A stretch of 64,000 nt of DNA from an uncultured Nitrososphaeria archaeon (GTDB lineage Archaea; Thermoproteota; Nitrososphaeria_A; Caldarchaeales; Wolframiiraptoraceae): the NCBI GenBank assembly GCA_964451435.1, contig CAYVHW010000001.1, positions 740 through 64,739 on the forward strand. Direction: 5' to 3'. The number at the start of each line of letters is the position of its first letter. Position 1 is the first letter of the stretch. The notes beneath the pieces are model-generated. The model was not told the origin of the DNA, did no database searches, and worked only from the letters and a program-made list of their open reading frames with translations. This document shows, piece after piece, positions 56,868-64,000 of this stretch. A program made the position numbers and the translations under genes.

Positions 56868-58232
56868 TCATCTTATCCTATCTAGCTCGGGCTTAACCTC
56901 CTTCAACCTATCCCAGAGCCTCTCCGCAGACCTCTGAGCGATCCTCTCAACTTCATCCTCATCTACGGTTAAGACCTTTCTATCCCTCATCAAGATCCTC
57001 CCATCAACTATAACCGTCTGGACATCATCTCCATCAACCGTGTTCACCAGATGCCCATAAACGGTCTCGGCGTTGAGCGGGGTTGGCAGAACATCGGGTT
57101 TTATGATGATTATATCCGCGAGCTTCCCAACCTCAAGTGAGCCAACCTCCCCGTCAACGCCATAGAGTTCGGCGCCCTTGATGGTCGCCATCTCCAAAAC
57201 CTGTAGCGGCGTCATCATCCTCGGATCTCGATAATGGACCTTGTGGAGTAGGTAGGCTGCACGTATATTCTCGAATCCATCGAAGATGTATCCATCGTTT
57301 CCCAGCCCGACCCTGATCCCCATATCGATCATCTTGGGGATGGCCGCGACCCCAACCGCATTCAACATGTTGCTCATCGGGTTATGCGCGACATTCGTCC
57401 CAGTCTCGGCCAAGATCTTCAACTCATCATCGTTTAGATGAACGCAGTGAGCCAAGACCACATCCCTCCCAAGAAATCCCACATCTCTAAGCCTCTCAAC
57501 CGTCCGCTTCCCATATCTCTCCAAGTTATGATAGACGTCGACCAAGCCCTCAGACGTATGCATGGTTATCGGGACCTTCAGCTCATTAGCCTTCTCCCTG
57601 ACGAGCTTGAGGAGGTCGTCGGATACGGTGAAGCTTGCGTGTAAGCATAGCATCCCTCTGACCCTCCCCTTATCCCCAACTTTCTCAATGTATCTGATGC
57701 ACTCCTTAATCCCCCTCTCGCCCTCCTCCCTACTATGCCTCTCCGTGGCCTCGAATGAGATGAAACCTCTAATCCTGATCCTCTCAACCGCTTCACCGAT
57801 CCTATCCAAGACGCCCTCAATGGAGTTTGGGCCGGAGTAGGTGTCGGCGAATAGGGTCGTCCCAGTCTTCAAGAACTCTAGGCATCCTACCAAGGCGCTC
57901 GCGTATGCGTCGTCGTGGGTTAACGCCTCATCGACAGGCCACCAAATCCATTGGAGGTTTTGCATGAAGTCTGTTGGAGGCTTGATCTTGGCGAAAAGTG
58001 GAGCCCCTCTAAGGAGCATTCCGTAGAGATGGGTGTGGGAGCAGATCAATCCGGGCATCACTATGCATCCTTTAGCATCTATCTCCTCATCCGCCCTCAC
58101 TCCCGAGAACTCGGACATCTTCCCGATCTTGCTTATCTTTCGATCCTCGACCAATATCCCCCCATCCTCGATTATCCTCCGCTCCCGATCCATCGTGACG
58201 AGCAAACCATTCTTGATTAGGATACTACCCAC
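56868..58232 (-). CDS. COG0402 amidohydrolase (SsnA-like), paralogue 2
   Basis: Metal site LICSHTHLYGMLLRG. The N-terminus (ILIKNGLLVTMDRERRIIEDGGILVED) is collinear with paralogue 1. The GTG at 58232 is preferred over the ORF-track start at 58283. Confidence 0.7.
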   Translation of the reverse strand: MGSILIKNGLLVTMDRERRIIEDGGILVEDRKISKIGKMSEFSGVRADEEIDAKGCIVMPGLICSHTHLYGMLLRGAPLFAKIKPPTDFMQNLQWIWWPVDEALTHDDAYASALVGCLEFLKTGTTLFADTYSGPNSIEGVLDRIGEAVERIRIRGFISFEATERHSREEGERGIKECIRYIEKVGDKGRVRGMLCLHASFTVSDDLLKLVREKANELKVPITMHTSEGLVDVYHNLERYGKRTVERLRDVGFLGRDVVLAHCVHLNDDELKILAETGTNVAHNPMSNMLNAVGVAAIPKMIDMGIRVGLGNDGYIFDGFENIRAAYLLHKVHYRDPRMMTPLQVLEMATIKGAELYGVDGEVGSLEVGKLADIIIIKPDVLPTPLNAETVYGHLVNTVDGDDVQTVIVDGRILMRDRKVLTVDEDEVERIAQRSAERLWDRLKEVKPELDRIR

Positions 58233-58340
58233 ATTAAGCACCTCAATAACCAAAATGATCTTGATGATAGATAAGTGATTCATCTTAACATGGAAAAATC
58301 TTAAATCGGAGATAGGTCGAGATCATGAGGGTGTCGTCGA

Positions 58341-58811
58341 ATGCCATACATCTACGCCGATCCATCGAGGTGCACTGGATGCGAGATATGCGTCTTAACA
58401 TGTTCATTCACATACTTCAAGGTCCTAAATCCGAAAAAGGCTAGGTTGAGGGTCGTGAGGATGGAGCCCGCAATAGATCTAGTGATCGCTTGCAGGAATT
58501 GTGAGAAGGCGCCGTGTATGGAGGCGTGTCCAAACGAAGCCATCAAAAGAACATCTAAGGGGATAATCGTGATAGATGAAGGGAGATGCGATGGATGTGG
58601 AAGATGCATCGAGGCATGTCCCTTAGACGCCATCCACATACCCCCCAATGGGAGAGCCCCGATAAAGTGCGTGGCCTGCGGAGCATGTGTTCAAGCATGC
58701 CCCGTGGGATGTCTCAAGATAGCTTATAGCTTTGAGGAGGCGTTTGAGAAGCGAAGGAACTATGCTGAGAGACTTAAGGAAATAGTCTTGAACTTGAGGA
58801 GTGGTGGATAG
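58341..58811 (+). CDS. 4x[4Fe-4S] polyferredoxin-like small subunit, paralogue 3
   Basis: 156 aa. MPYIYADPSRCTGCEICVLTC..., four Cys clusters. Confidence 0.8.
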   Translation: MPYIYADPSRCTGCEICVLTCSFTYFKVLNPKKARLRVVRMEPAIDLVIACRNCEKAPCMEACPNEAIKRTSKGIIVIDEGRCDGCGRCIEACPLDAIHIPPNGRAPIKCVACGACVQACPVGCLKIAYSFEEAFEKRRNYAERLKEIVLNLRSGG

Positions 58812-58898
58812 CTAGGATCCATTAGCTCGGTCAAAATCTTCGATTCAAGTTGGAGATTGGATAGATTTTATATGGGGCGATTCACCGACTTATTCGGC

Positions 58899-60812
58899 AT
58901 GCGGTATAAGGGGTATGCTGGTAGAATTCTCTGGATAAATCTAACCCATGAGAAGGTTAGGGTCGAGGATTTCCCGGAGAAACTCGCGGAAAGATATCTC
59001 GGAGGATCTGGAATATGCGCGAGAATACTCTACGACCTAATCAAGCCCGGAATAGATCCACTCAGCCCAGAGAACGTCTTGATGTTCGCGACCGGGCCAT
59101 TAACCGGAACCCTCTTCCCCCAAGCATGTAGGTATACGGTCGCGGCGAAGTCTCCATTAACGGGTATTTGGGGAGAGTCTCATGCAGCTGGACACTGGGC
59201 TCCAGAGCTGAAGTTCGCGGGCTATGATGCGATAATATTTCTCGGGAGGGCGTCTAAGCCCGTCTATCTCTGGATAGATGACGATGAGGTTGAGATCAAG
59301 GATGCTGGAGAGATTTGGGGGAGAACGGTCCTAGAGACCGACGACATCCTAAGAGAAGAGCATGGAAATGATGTTAAGGTTGCTTGCATAGGTCCCGCTG
59401 GAGAGAACTTGGTCAGATATGCGGCGATAATGAATGATAGGTATAGGGCTGCTGCTAGATCTGGGATTGGGGCGGTTATGGGGAGCAAGAACCTAAAGGC
59501 CATAGCGGTGAGAGGCTCAAGGGACATCGAGGTCGCGGATCCAGAAGCATATATGGAGCATGTTAGGAGATGGCATCGAAAGATGCTCAGCCACCCATTC
59601 ATGCCCGATAGGGCGAAGTATGGGACAACTAACTTGATCGAGCTTATGCAGAAGATCGGGAGGTTGCCAACCTATAATCTCCGTCAAGGGGTCTTCGACG
59701 AATACTATAAGATCGGCGGGGAGATCATTTACAGGAAATATCTCATTAAGCCCGTAGCTGACTTCGCGTGCCTCCAGAGATGTGGGAGATACACGGCGGT
59801 CTATAATGAGCCCTATAGGTGCATGGGCGGCGGCCCCGAGTATGAGACCCTCTGCTCCCTAGGATCGAGGTGCGGGATATCGAATATCGAGGCGATCCTA
59901 TACGGGAATTGGCTCTGCAACAATCTGGGACTCGACTCTGTCTCCGCCGGCGGAACGATCTCATGGGCGATGGAATGCTATGAGCTTGGCCTGATATCGA
60001 GGGATGAGCTGGATGGACTCGACCTAAGATTCGGTAATGAGGAGGCGATGATCGAGCTACTCATAAAGATCGCTTATAGGAAGGGGGTTGGAGACCTATT
60101 GGCGGAGGGGAGCTGGAGGGTTGCGAAGAAGATCGGCAGGGGAACCGAAAGATACGTGATGCACGTCAAGGGCCAGGAGATAGCATCTCAGGAGCCTAGA
60201 GCCCAGAAGTCCATGGGTCTGGCCATAGCCACGGCCGCGAGGGGGGCGGATCACCTCTATGGGTTCCCGGTCTTGGATGAGGTCGGTTTCGAGAAGGAGA
60301 TTAGGGAGAGGTTTGGGGAGGAGTATCTGCCCGAGATCGCCGATAGGCTGAATCCGAAGTATAAGGGGTTCATGGTTAAGGAGTGCGAGGACTATATGGC
60401 CGTGGTGGAGGCGGTTGGGGTATGCAAGTATGGAACCCAGATCCCCCCAGTCTTCTACTATCAAGACATAGTGGATGCATTGAGGGTCACATGTGGAATG
60501 GATGTAGATGTCAGAAAGCTCAAATTGATTGGGGAGAGGATAGTGAACCTGAATCGAGCATTCAACATCAGAGAAGGAGTAAGTAGGAGGGATGACACCC
60601 TACCCGAGAGGTTAACGAAGGTTCCAGCCCCCCTAGGGCCGGCCAAGGGCCACGTCGTCGAACTAGATCAGATGCTTGACGAATACTATCGATGTAGGGG
60701 ATGGGATCTAGAGACCGGTAAGCCGACCTATGAGAAATTAGTCTCACTAGGATTGGAGGATGTCGCAGAGGATCTATTGAGGAAAGGATTGATAAGGAAG
60801 GCTGAGACCTAA
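58899..60812 (+). CDS. AOR family tungsto(molybdo)pterin oxidoreductase, paralogue 3 (divergent Fe-S motif)
   Basis: The start is reassigned to the ATG at 58899 (MRYKGYAGRILWINL), collinear with the other AORs. The TTG at 58857 in the ORF track would add 14 unconserved residues. The cluster motif is ACLQRCGRY...PYRC, i.e. C-x3-C instead of C-x2-C-x3-C. Confidence 0.8.
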   Translation: MRYKGYAGRILWINLTHEKVRVEDFPEKLAERYLGGSGICARILYDLIKPGIDPLSPENVLMFATGPLTGTLFPQACRYTVAAKSPLTGIWGESHAAGHWAPELKFAGYDAIIFLGRASKPVYLWIDDDEVEIKDAGEIWGRTVLETDDILREEHGNDVKVACIGPAGENLVRYAAIMNDRYRAAARSGIGAVMGSKNLKAIAVRGSRDIEVADPEAYMEHVRRWHRKMLSHPFMPDRAKYGTTNLIELMQKIGRLPTYNLRQGVFDEYYKIGGEIIYRKYLIKPVADFACLQRCGRYTAVYNEPYRCMGGGPEYETLCSLGSRCGISNIEAILYGNWLCNNLGLDSVSAGGTISWAMECYELGLISRDELDGLDLRFGNEEAMIELLIKIAYRKGVGDLLAEGSWRVAKKIGRGTERYVMHVKGQEIASQEPRAQKSMGLAIATAARGADHLYGFPVLDEVGFEKEIRERFGEEYLPEIADRLNPKYKGFMVKECEDYMAVVEAVGVCKYGTQIPPVFYYQDIVDALRVTCGMDVDVRKLKLIGERIVNLNRAFNIREGVSRRDDTLPERLTKVPAPLGPAKGHVVELDQMLDEYYRCRGWDLETGKPTYEKLVSLGLEDVAEDLLRKGLIRKAET

Positions 60813-60829
60813 TGCATGCAATATGCTGA

Positions 60830-61783
60830 TCATGTCTTTAATATGATCTTCAGGGTTTCTCGGTTCATCGCCTTCTCAAATGCCTCCTCCCACCTCTCAA
60901 TTGGATAGACTCCATCTATCATGTAGTCGACCTTCACGAGCTTCTCCTTCAAAGCCCTTAGAGCTGGTTTAAATGGCCCACATCTAGACCCGATCAACCT
61001 TATCTCATTCACCACGATCTCCGATAAGGGTATCCTCGAAGGCTTGGCGGTCGTGGTCTTTAGCACCAAGAAGCCCATGGGCTTAACGAGCTTAACCGCC
61101 TCCATTATCGCGTCAGGATTTCCAGTAGCATCTACAACGACATCAAACTTCACGCTTTGATCAAGCTCATCTATGGTTGAGGCGTTTATCCCAAGCCTCC
61201 TCAAAAGCTCCAACTTCCTCTGATGTCTTCCAACCACAATTAAATCCACATAATATCTCAAGACCTGAGCTATCAGTTGCCCCAATCTACCGTCTCCAAG
61301 GAGCAAAGCCTTCCATGAAGGCTTTAGGGGAATTTGGTTCGGGATCTCGTATGCGGCTGCCAACGGCTCGGTGAAGACAGCTTCAAGGTCTGATACCTCA
61401 TCTGGAACTATGTGGAGATTCTTTTCAGGTAGGGTTAGGTATTCTGCGAATGCTCCATCCTTACCCCTGATCCCAAGAGCCAGCCTATTAGTGCAATGCT
61501 TCTCTAGTCCCTTTTTGCAGAACTCGCATTCACCGCATCCAATGTTTATCTCGCCTACGACTCTCTTGCCGATAAGCTCTTTATTATCGGAGTCCTCGAC
61601 CACCCCGACGAACTCATGGCCTAAAACCCCCTTAAACCCGGTATATCCTCTCAAGATCTCTAGATCGGTTCCACAGATCCCAGCATATCGAACCCTTATC
61701 AAAGCTTCACCCGATCTCCTCTTAGGTTTTGGATAATCGGCATGGAGCTCGATCCTCTCACCGTTAAAGTATAGGGCTTTCAT
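60830..61783 (-). CDS. Zn-dependent alcohol dehydrogenase, MDR family (threonine/sorbitol dehydrogenase-like)
   Basis: 317 aa with GICGTDLE and GHEFVGVV catalytic-Zn motifs, structural-Zn cysteines (CGECEFCKKGLEKHC), and a Rossmann GLGxxG. Confidence 0.8.
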   Translation of the reverse strand: MKALYFNGERIELHADYPKPKRRSGEALIRVRYAGICGTDLEILRGYTGFKGVLGHEFVGVVEDSDNKELIGKRVVGEINIGCGECEFCKKGLEKHCTNRLALGIRGKDGAFAEYLTLPEKNLHIVPDEVSDLEAVFTEPLAAAYEIPNQIPLKPSWKALLLGDGRLGQLIAQVLRYYVDLIVVGRHQRKLELLRRLGINASTIDELDQSVKFDVVVDATGNPDAIMEAVKLVKPMGFLVLKTTTAKPSRIPLSEIVVNEIRLIGSRCGPFKPALRALKEKLVKVDYMIDGVYPIERWEEAFEKAMNRETLKIILKT

Positions 61784-61840
61784 CGGATACGGAATCGTTT
61801 CCGGATTTATAAGATTAGTTCTGGAATCGATCTAACTCCT

Positions 61841-62689
61841 TCATCCATGAGATCCATGGCCTCCCCTCAAGATGTCTAAGAACTCCTCCACGAACTCCAT
61901 CGTCCTAATCGTATTTGTTGGGATGCCATAATCCTTTAGATCCTCAGACAATAGCGTTACCTGAAGGGGCGATAGGCCGGCGTCGATCAATAACCTCTTA
62001 TCAGAGATTATCTCCTTCGCCGAGCCATCCGCAAACTTCTTGCCATCCTTCAAGATTATTATCCTCTCGGCGAACTCGGCTGCGAGGTATAGGTCATGGG
62101 TTATTACCATGACAGTCTTACCGCGGTCCCTAAACCTTTGAAGCAACCTCATTATCTGAAGGCTTCTCCCAAAGTCTATTCCAGTCGTAGGCTCATCGAG
62201 TATCAGGAACTCGGGCTCCATGGCTAGGACCGAAGCTATCGCAACCCTATGCTTCTCGCCGACGCTTAGGAGGTGGGGGAACGCGTTTAGAGGCTTCTTC
62301 AAGTCGACGAACTTTAAGGATTCCTCAACCCTCCGCTTAACATCCTCTTCAGGTATCCCTAGGTTTCTGGGCCCGAAGGCTATCTCCTCGAATATGGTTG
62401 AGGCGAAGATCTGATGCTCTGGATTCTGGAAAACGTATCCAACTATCCTCGCGCACTCCGCGACGGTCATCTTCTTAGTATCCTTCCCCTTGATGAGAAC
62501 CGTTCCCTCAGTCGGCTTAAGCAATCCATTCATGAGCTTCGCGAGAGTGGTCTTTCCAGACCCGTTCTGACCCAATAACGCTATGAACTCCCCCGGCTTA
62601 ATGCTCAAGCTCACACCATCTATCGCCTTAACCCCTCCTGGATAGACGTAGCTCACATCCCTAACCTCAACTATGGCCTGCTCCTTCAT
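61841..62689 (-). CDS. ecfA: ECF transporter ATPase component (EcfA2/A')
   Basis: 282 aa. GQNGSGKTT, LSVGEKHRVAIASVLA, and a C-terminal ECF-type helical tail. Confidence 0.75.
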   Translation of the reverse strand: MKEQAIVEVRDVSYVYPGGVKAIDGVSLSIKPGEFIALLGQNGSGKTTLAKLMNGLLKPTEGTVLIKGKDTKKMTVAECARIVGYVFQNPEHQIFASTIFEEIAFGPRNLGIPEEDVKRRVEESLKFVDLKKPLNAFPHLLSVGEKHRVAIASVLAMEPEFLILDEPTTGIDFGRSLQIMRLLQRFRDRGKTVMVITHDLYLAAEFAERIIILKDGKKFADGSAKEIISDKRLLIDAGLSPLQVTLLSEDLKDYGIPTNTIRTMEFVEEFLDILRGGHGSHG

Positions 62690-63533
62690 CCAAAACCCCC
62701 CTTAAGATGCTTGATGCCTCCCTCAAGGATATTGGGATTGTTGGGAGATTTACCCCAGATCTCATGAGATTATATGCTATCTCGGAGACTTGAGGCGGTC
62801 TGAAGCCCGCCCTCTCAGGTCTAATCTCCCTTGAGAAGACCTCCTTAGGATCTCCCTCCAAGACTATTCTCCCCTCATTCATGACAACTATCCTATCTAC
62901 ATACTCGACGGCCCACTCAATCCTATGCTCAACGGCTAAGATCGTCGTATCGAATTCCCTGCGGAGCTTGAGGATCAAGTCTGTCACACGCTTAGTCCCT
63001 TGCGGATCGAGCTGGGACGTAGGCTCATCCAAGATTATGACTCTAGGTCTAAGGGCTAGAACCGATGCTATCGCCAAGGCTTGCTTCTGGCCGCCGGATA
63101 GGCTTGCGGGGGACCTATTCTCTAGACCGCTCAACCCAACGACCTCCAACACCTCCTTAACTCTCCTCTCGATCTCATCTTTTGGAAGCCCAAAGTTCTC
63201 CAAGGGGAAAGCGACCTCCTCATAAACAGATGTCGTGACGAGCTGCATCTCCGGATTCTGGAAGACTATCGTGACATACTTCGCTAGATCGGTTGGAGAG
63301 GCGGTTAGGGGATCTAGATCGAAGACCTTTACGCTCCCCTTAACCTCAGCCTTAATCACCCTAGGGATTATCCCCATTATCGTATAGCATAGGGTTGTCT
63401 TCCCACACCCACTAGGTCCCATCAAGATCACAAACTCTCCCTCATTTATCCTCAGCGATAATCCCTTCACCGCATAATCTTCCTCCTCTCTATATCGAAC
63501 CCATAGATCATCTATCCTTATCGCCGTGCCCAC
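62667..63533 (-). CDS. ecfA: ECF transporter ATPase component (EcfA1)
   Basis: 288 aa. GPSGCGKTT, LSGGQKQALAIASVLA. Overlaps ecfA2 by 23 nt. Confidence 0.75.
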   Translation of the reverse strand: MGTAIRIDDLWVRYREEEDYAVKGLSLRINEGEFVILMGPSGCGKTTLCYTIMGIIPRVIKAEVKGSVKVFDLDPLTASPTDLAKYVTIVFQNPEMQLVTTSVYEEVAFPLENFGLPKDEIERRVKEVLEVVGLSGLENRSPASLSGGQKQALAIASVLALRPRVIILDEPTSQLDPQGTKRVTDLILKLRREFDTTILAVEHRIEWAVEYVDRIVVMNEGRIVLEGDPKEVFSREIRPERAGFRPPQVSEIAYNLMRSGVNLPTIPISLREASSILRGVLDEGAGHS

Positions 63534-63539
63534 CCCGTC

Positions 63540-64000
63540 TCACCACCAGATTGGGATCCTGGTTAATATGATGAGTGAGATTATGTAAACGGCGATGAGC
63601 ATGCATAGCATGAATGTGTCGTAGAGCCTCCACCTCAACTCCCTAGAGAACGTCCTAGTCTTCATCACCCCAAAGCCCTTACTATCTAAGGCGACTCCAA
63701 GCTCCAATGCGCTCCTCATCATCCTTATCATTAGGGGCACGAAGATCGCTATATACTTCCTTATCCTGCTCGGGATGCTCCCCTTCTCAAGCTCAAGCGC
63801 CCTAGACTTCTGCGCATCCGTTATCGTCCTTATCTCGACTATGACTGTTGGAAGGAATCTAAAGGCGAGGATCGGAATATATGCGAGCCTATATGGGAGC
63901 TTCCATCTAACGAGAGCTTGAAAGAGGTCTCCAGGTCTAGATGTTATGAATATCACCGCTATGGCAATTATGGGGCTTAAGACGAGAAATGCCTTGCTGA
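63540..64000 (-). CDS. ecfT: ECF transporter transmembrane T component (EcfT/CbiQ family), 5' end beyond window
   Basis: C-terminal TM helices and the conserved Arg-rich coupling-helix region (SRALELEKGS...MMRSALELGVALDSKG). The ORF runs off the window end. Confidence 0.55.
   Translation of the reverse strand, partial: SKAFLVLSPIIAIAVIFITSRPGDLFQALVRWKLPYRLAYIPILAFRFLPTVIVEIRTITDAQKSRALELEKGSIPSRIRKYIAIFVPLMIRMMRSALELGVALDSKGFGVMKTRTFSRELRWRLYDTFMLCMLIAVYIISLIILTRIPIWW

Noticed and set aside
58857-58898. TTG start of AOR3, and similar long N-terminal extensions at 6252, 37081, 37846, 58283 and 13610
   Set aside because: The extensions are unconserved relative to the paralogues or family N-termini. 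Internal ATG/GTG starts give collinear N-termini or proper signal peptides.
153-60646. Dozens of 60-230-aa ORFs in the six-frame track lying antisense to or nested inside long conserved genes, e.g. 153-464(-), 635-1018(-), 4803-5492(+), 38787-39392(-) and the 51056-51663(-) series
   Set aside because: Their amino-acid composition is low-complexity (Ser/Pro/Leu-rich). They have no motifs and overlap well-supported genes completely, as expected for shadow ORFs in roughly 50% GC DNA.
1-64000. CRISPR arrays, IS elements, integrases, rRNA genes
   Set aside because: No direct-repeat arrays, transposase/integrase-like ORFs or rRNA-like sequence were seen on either strand.

Overview
This looks like an archaeal chromosomal segment of about 50% GC. 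The archaeal call rests on r-proteins L34e and L14e, Cbf5, archaeal-type DtdA, SecY with a DUF106/Oxa1-like partner, and BRE/TATA-like promoters. All calls come from reading the ORF translations by eye; no searches were run, and TTG/GTG starts in the ORF track were re-evaluated.

The 5' half is mostly housekeeping, salvage and transport. It opens with a truncated rpl15-secY-DUF106-rpl34e block with cmk on the opposite strand, then NAD salvage (pncA, pncB) and a geranylgeranyl reductase. Next comes a cluster of surface proteins anchored by C-terminal transmembrane helices: a BNR/Asp-box protein translationally coupled to a family-5 solute-binding protein, a coiled-coil protein and a PPC-domain protein. 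These converge on a Dpp/Opp-type ABC operon led by a FAH-family gene. The rest of this half holds an orphan N-methyltransferase, an Lrp regulator, a PiT/PhoU-like pair, tRNA-Ser(GGA), a nucleoside phosphorylase with a BMP-type nucleoside ABC importer, a translationally coupled glmS-GNAT pair followed by a radical SAM gene, cbf5-rpl14e, and a sugar/glycerophosphodiester-type ABC operon with a GDPD.

The 3' part (38.6-64 kb) is the standout. It begins with tandem MoeA genes, one fused to an oxoanion-binding PBP-like domain, followed by a DUF523 (TudS-like) Fe-S protein. Then comes a dense island. Two paralogous non-canonical transcarbamylases flank a hydantoinase-type cyclic amidohydrolase. Divergent from them is a tightly packed 7-gene operon: polyferredoxin, AOR, PreA-type dihydropyrimidine-dehydrogenase homologue, polyferredoxin, AOR, a COG0402 amidohydrolase and a ThrC-fold PLP enzyme. 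A second COG0402 amidohydrolase, a third polyferredoxin-AOR pair, a Zn-ADH and an ECF transporter follow.

I interpret this island as a candidate, apparently undescribed, tungsten/ferredoxin-linked N-heterocycle fermentation system, most parsimoniously pyrimidine, with carbamoyl-phosphate-yielding steps. It is analogous to, but distinct from, the enterobacterial ygeW-hyuA-ssnA gene set.
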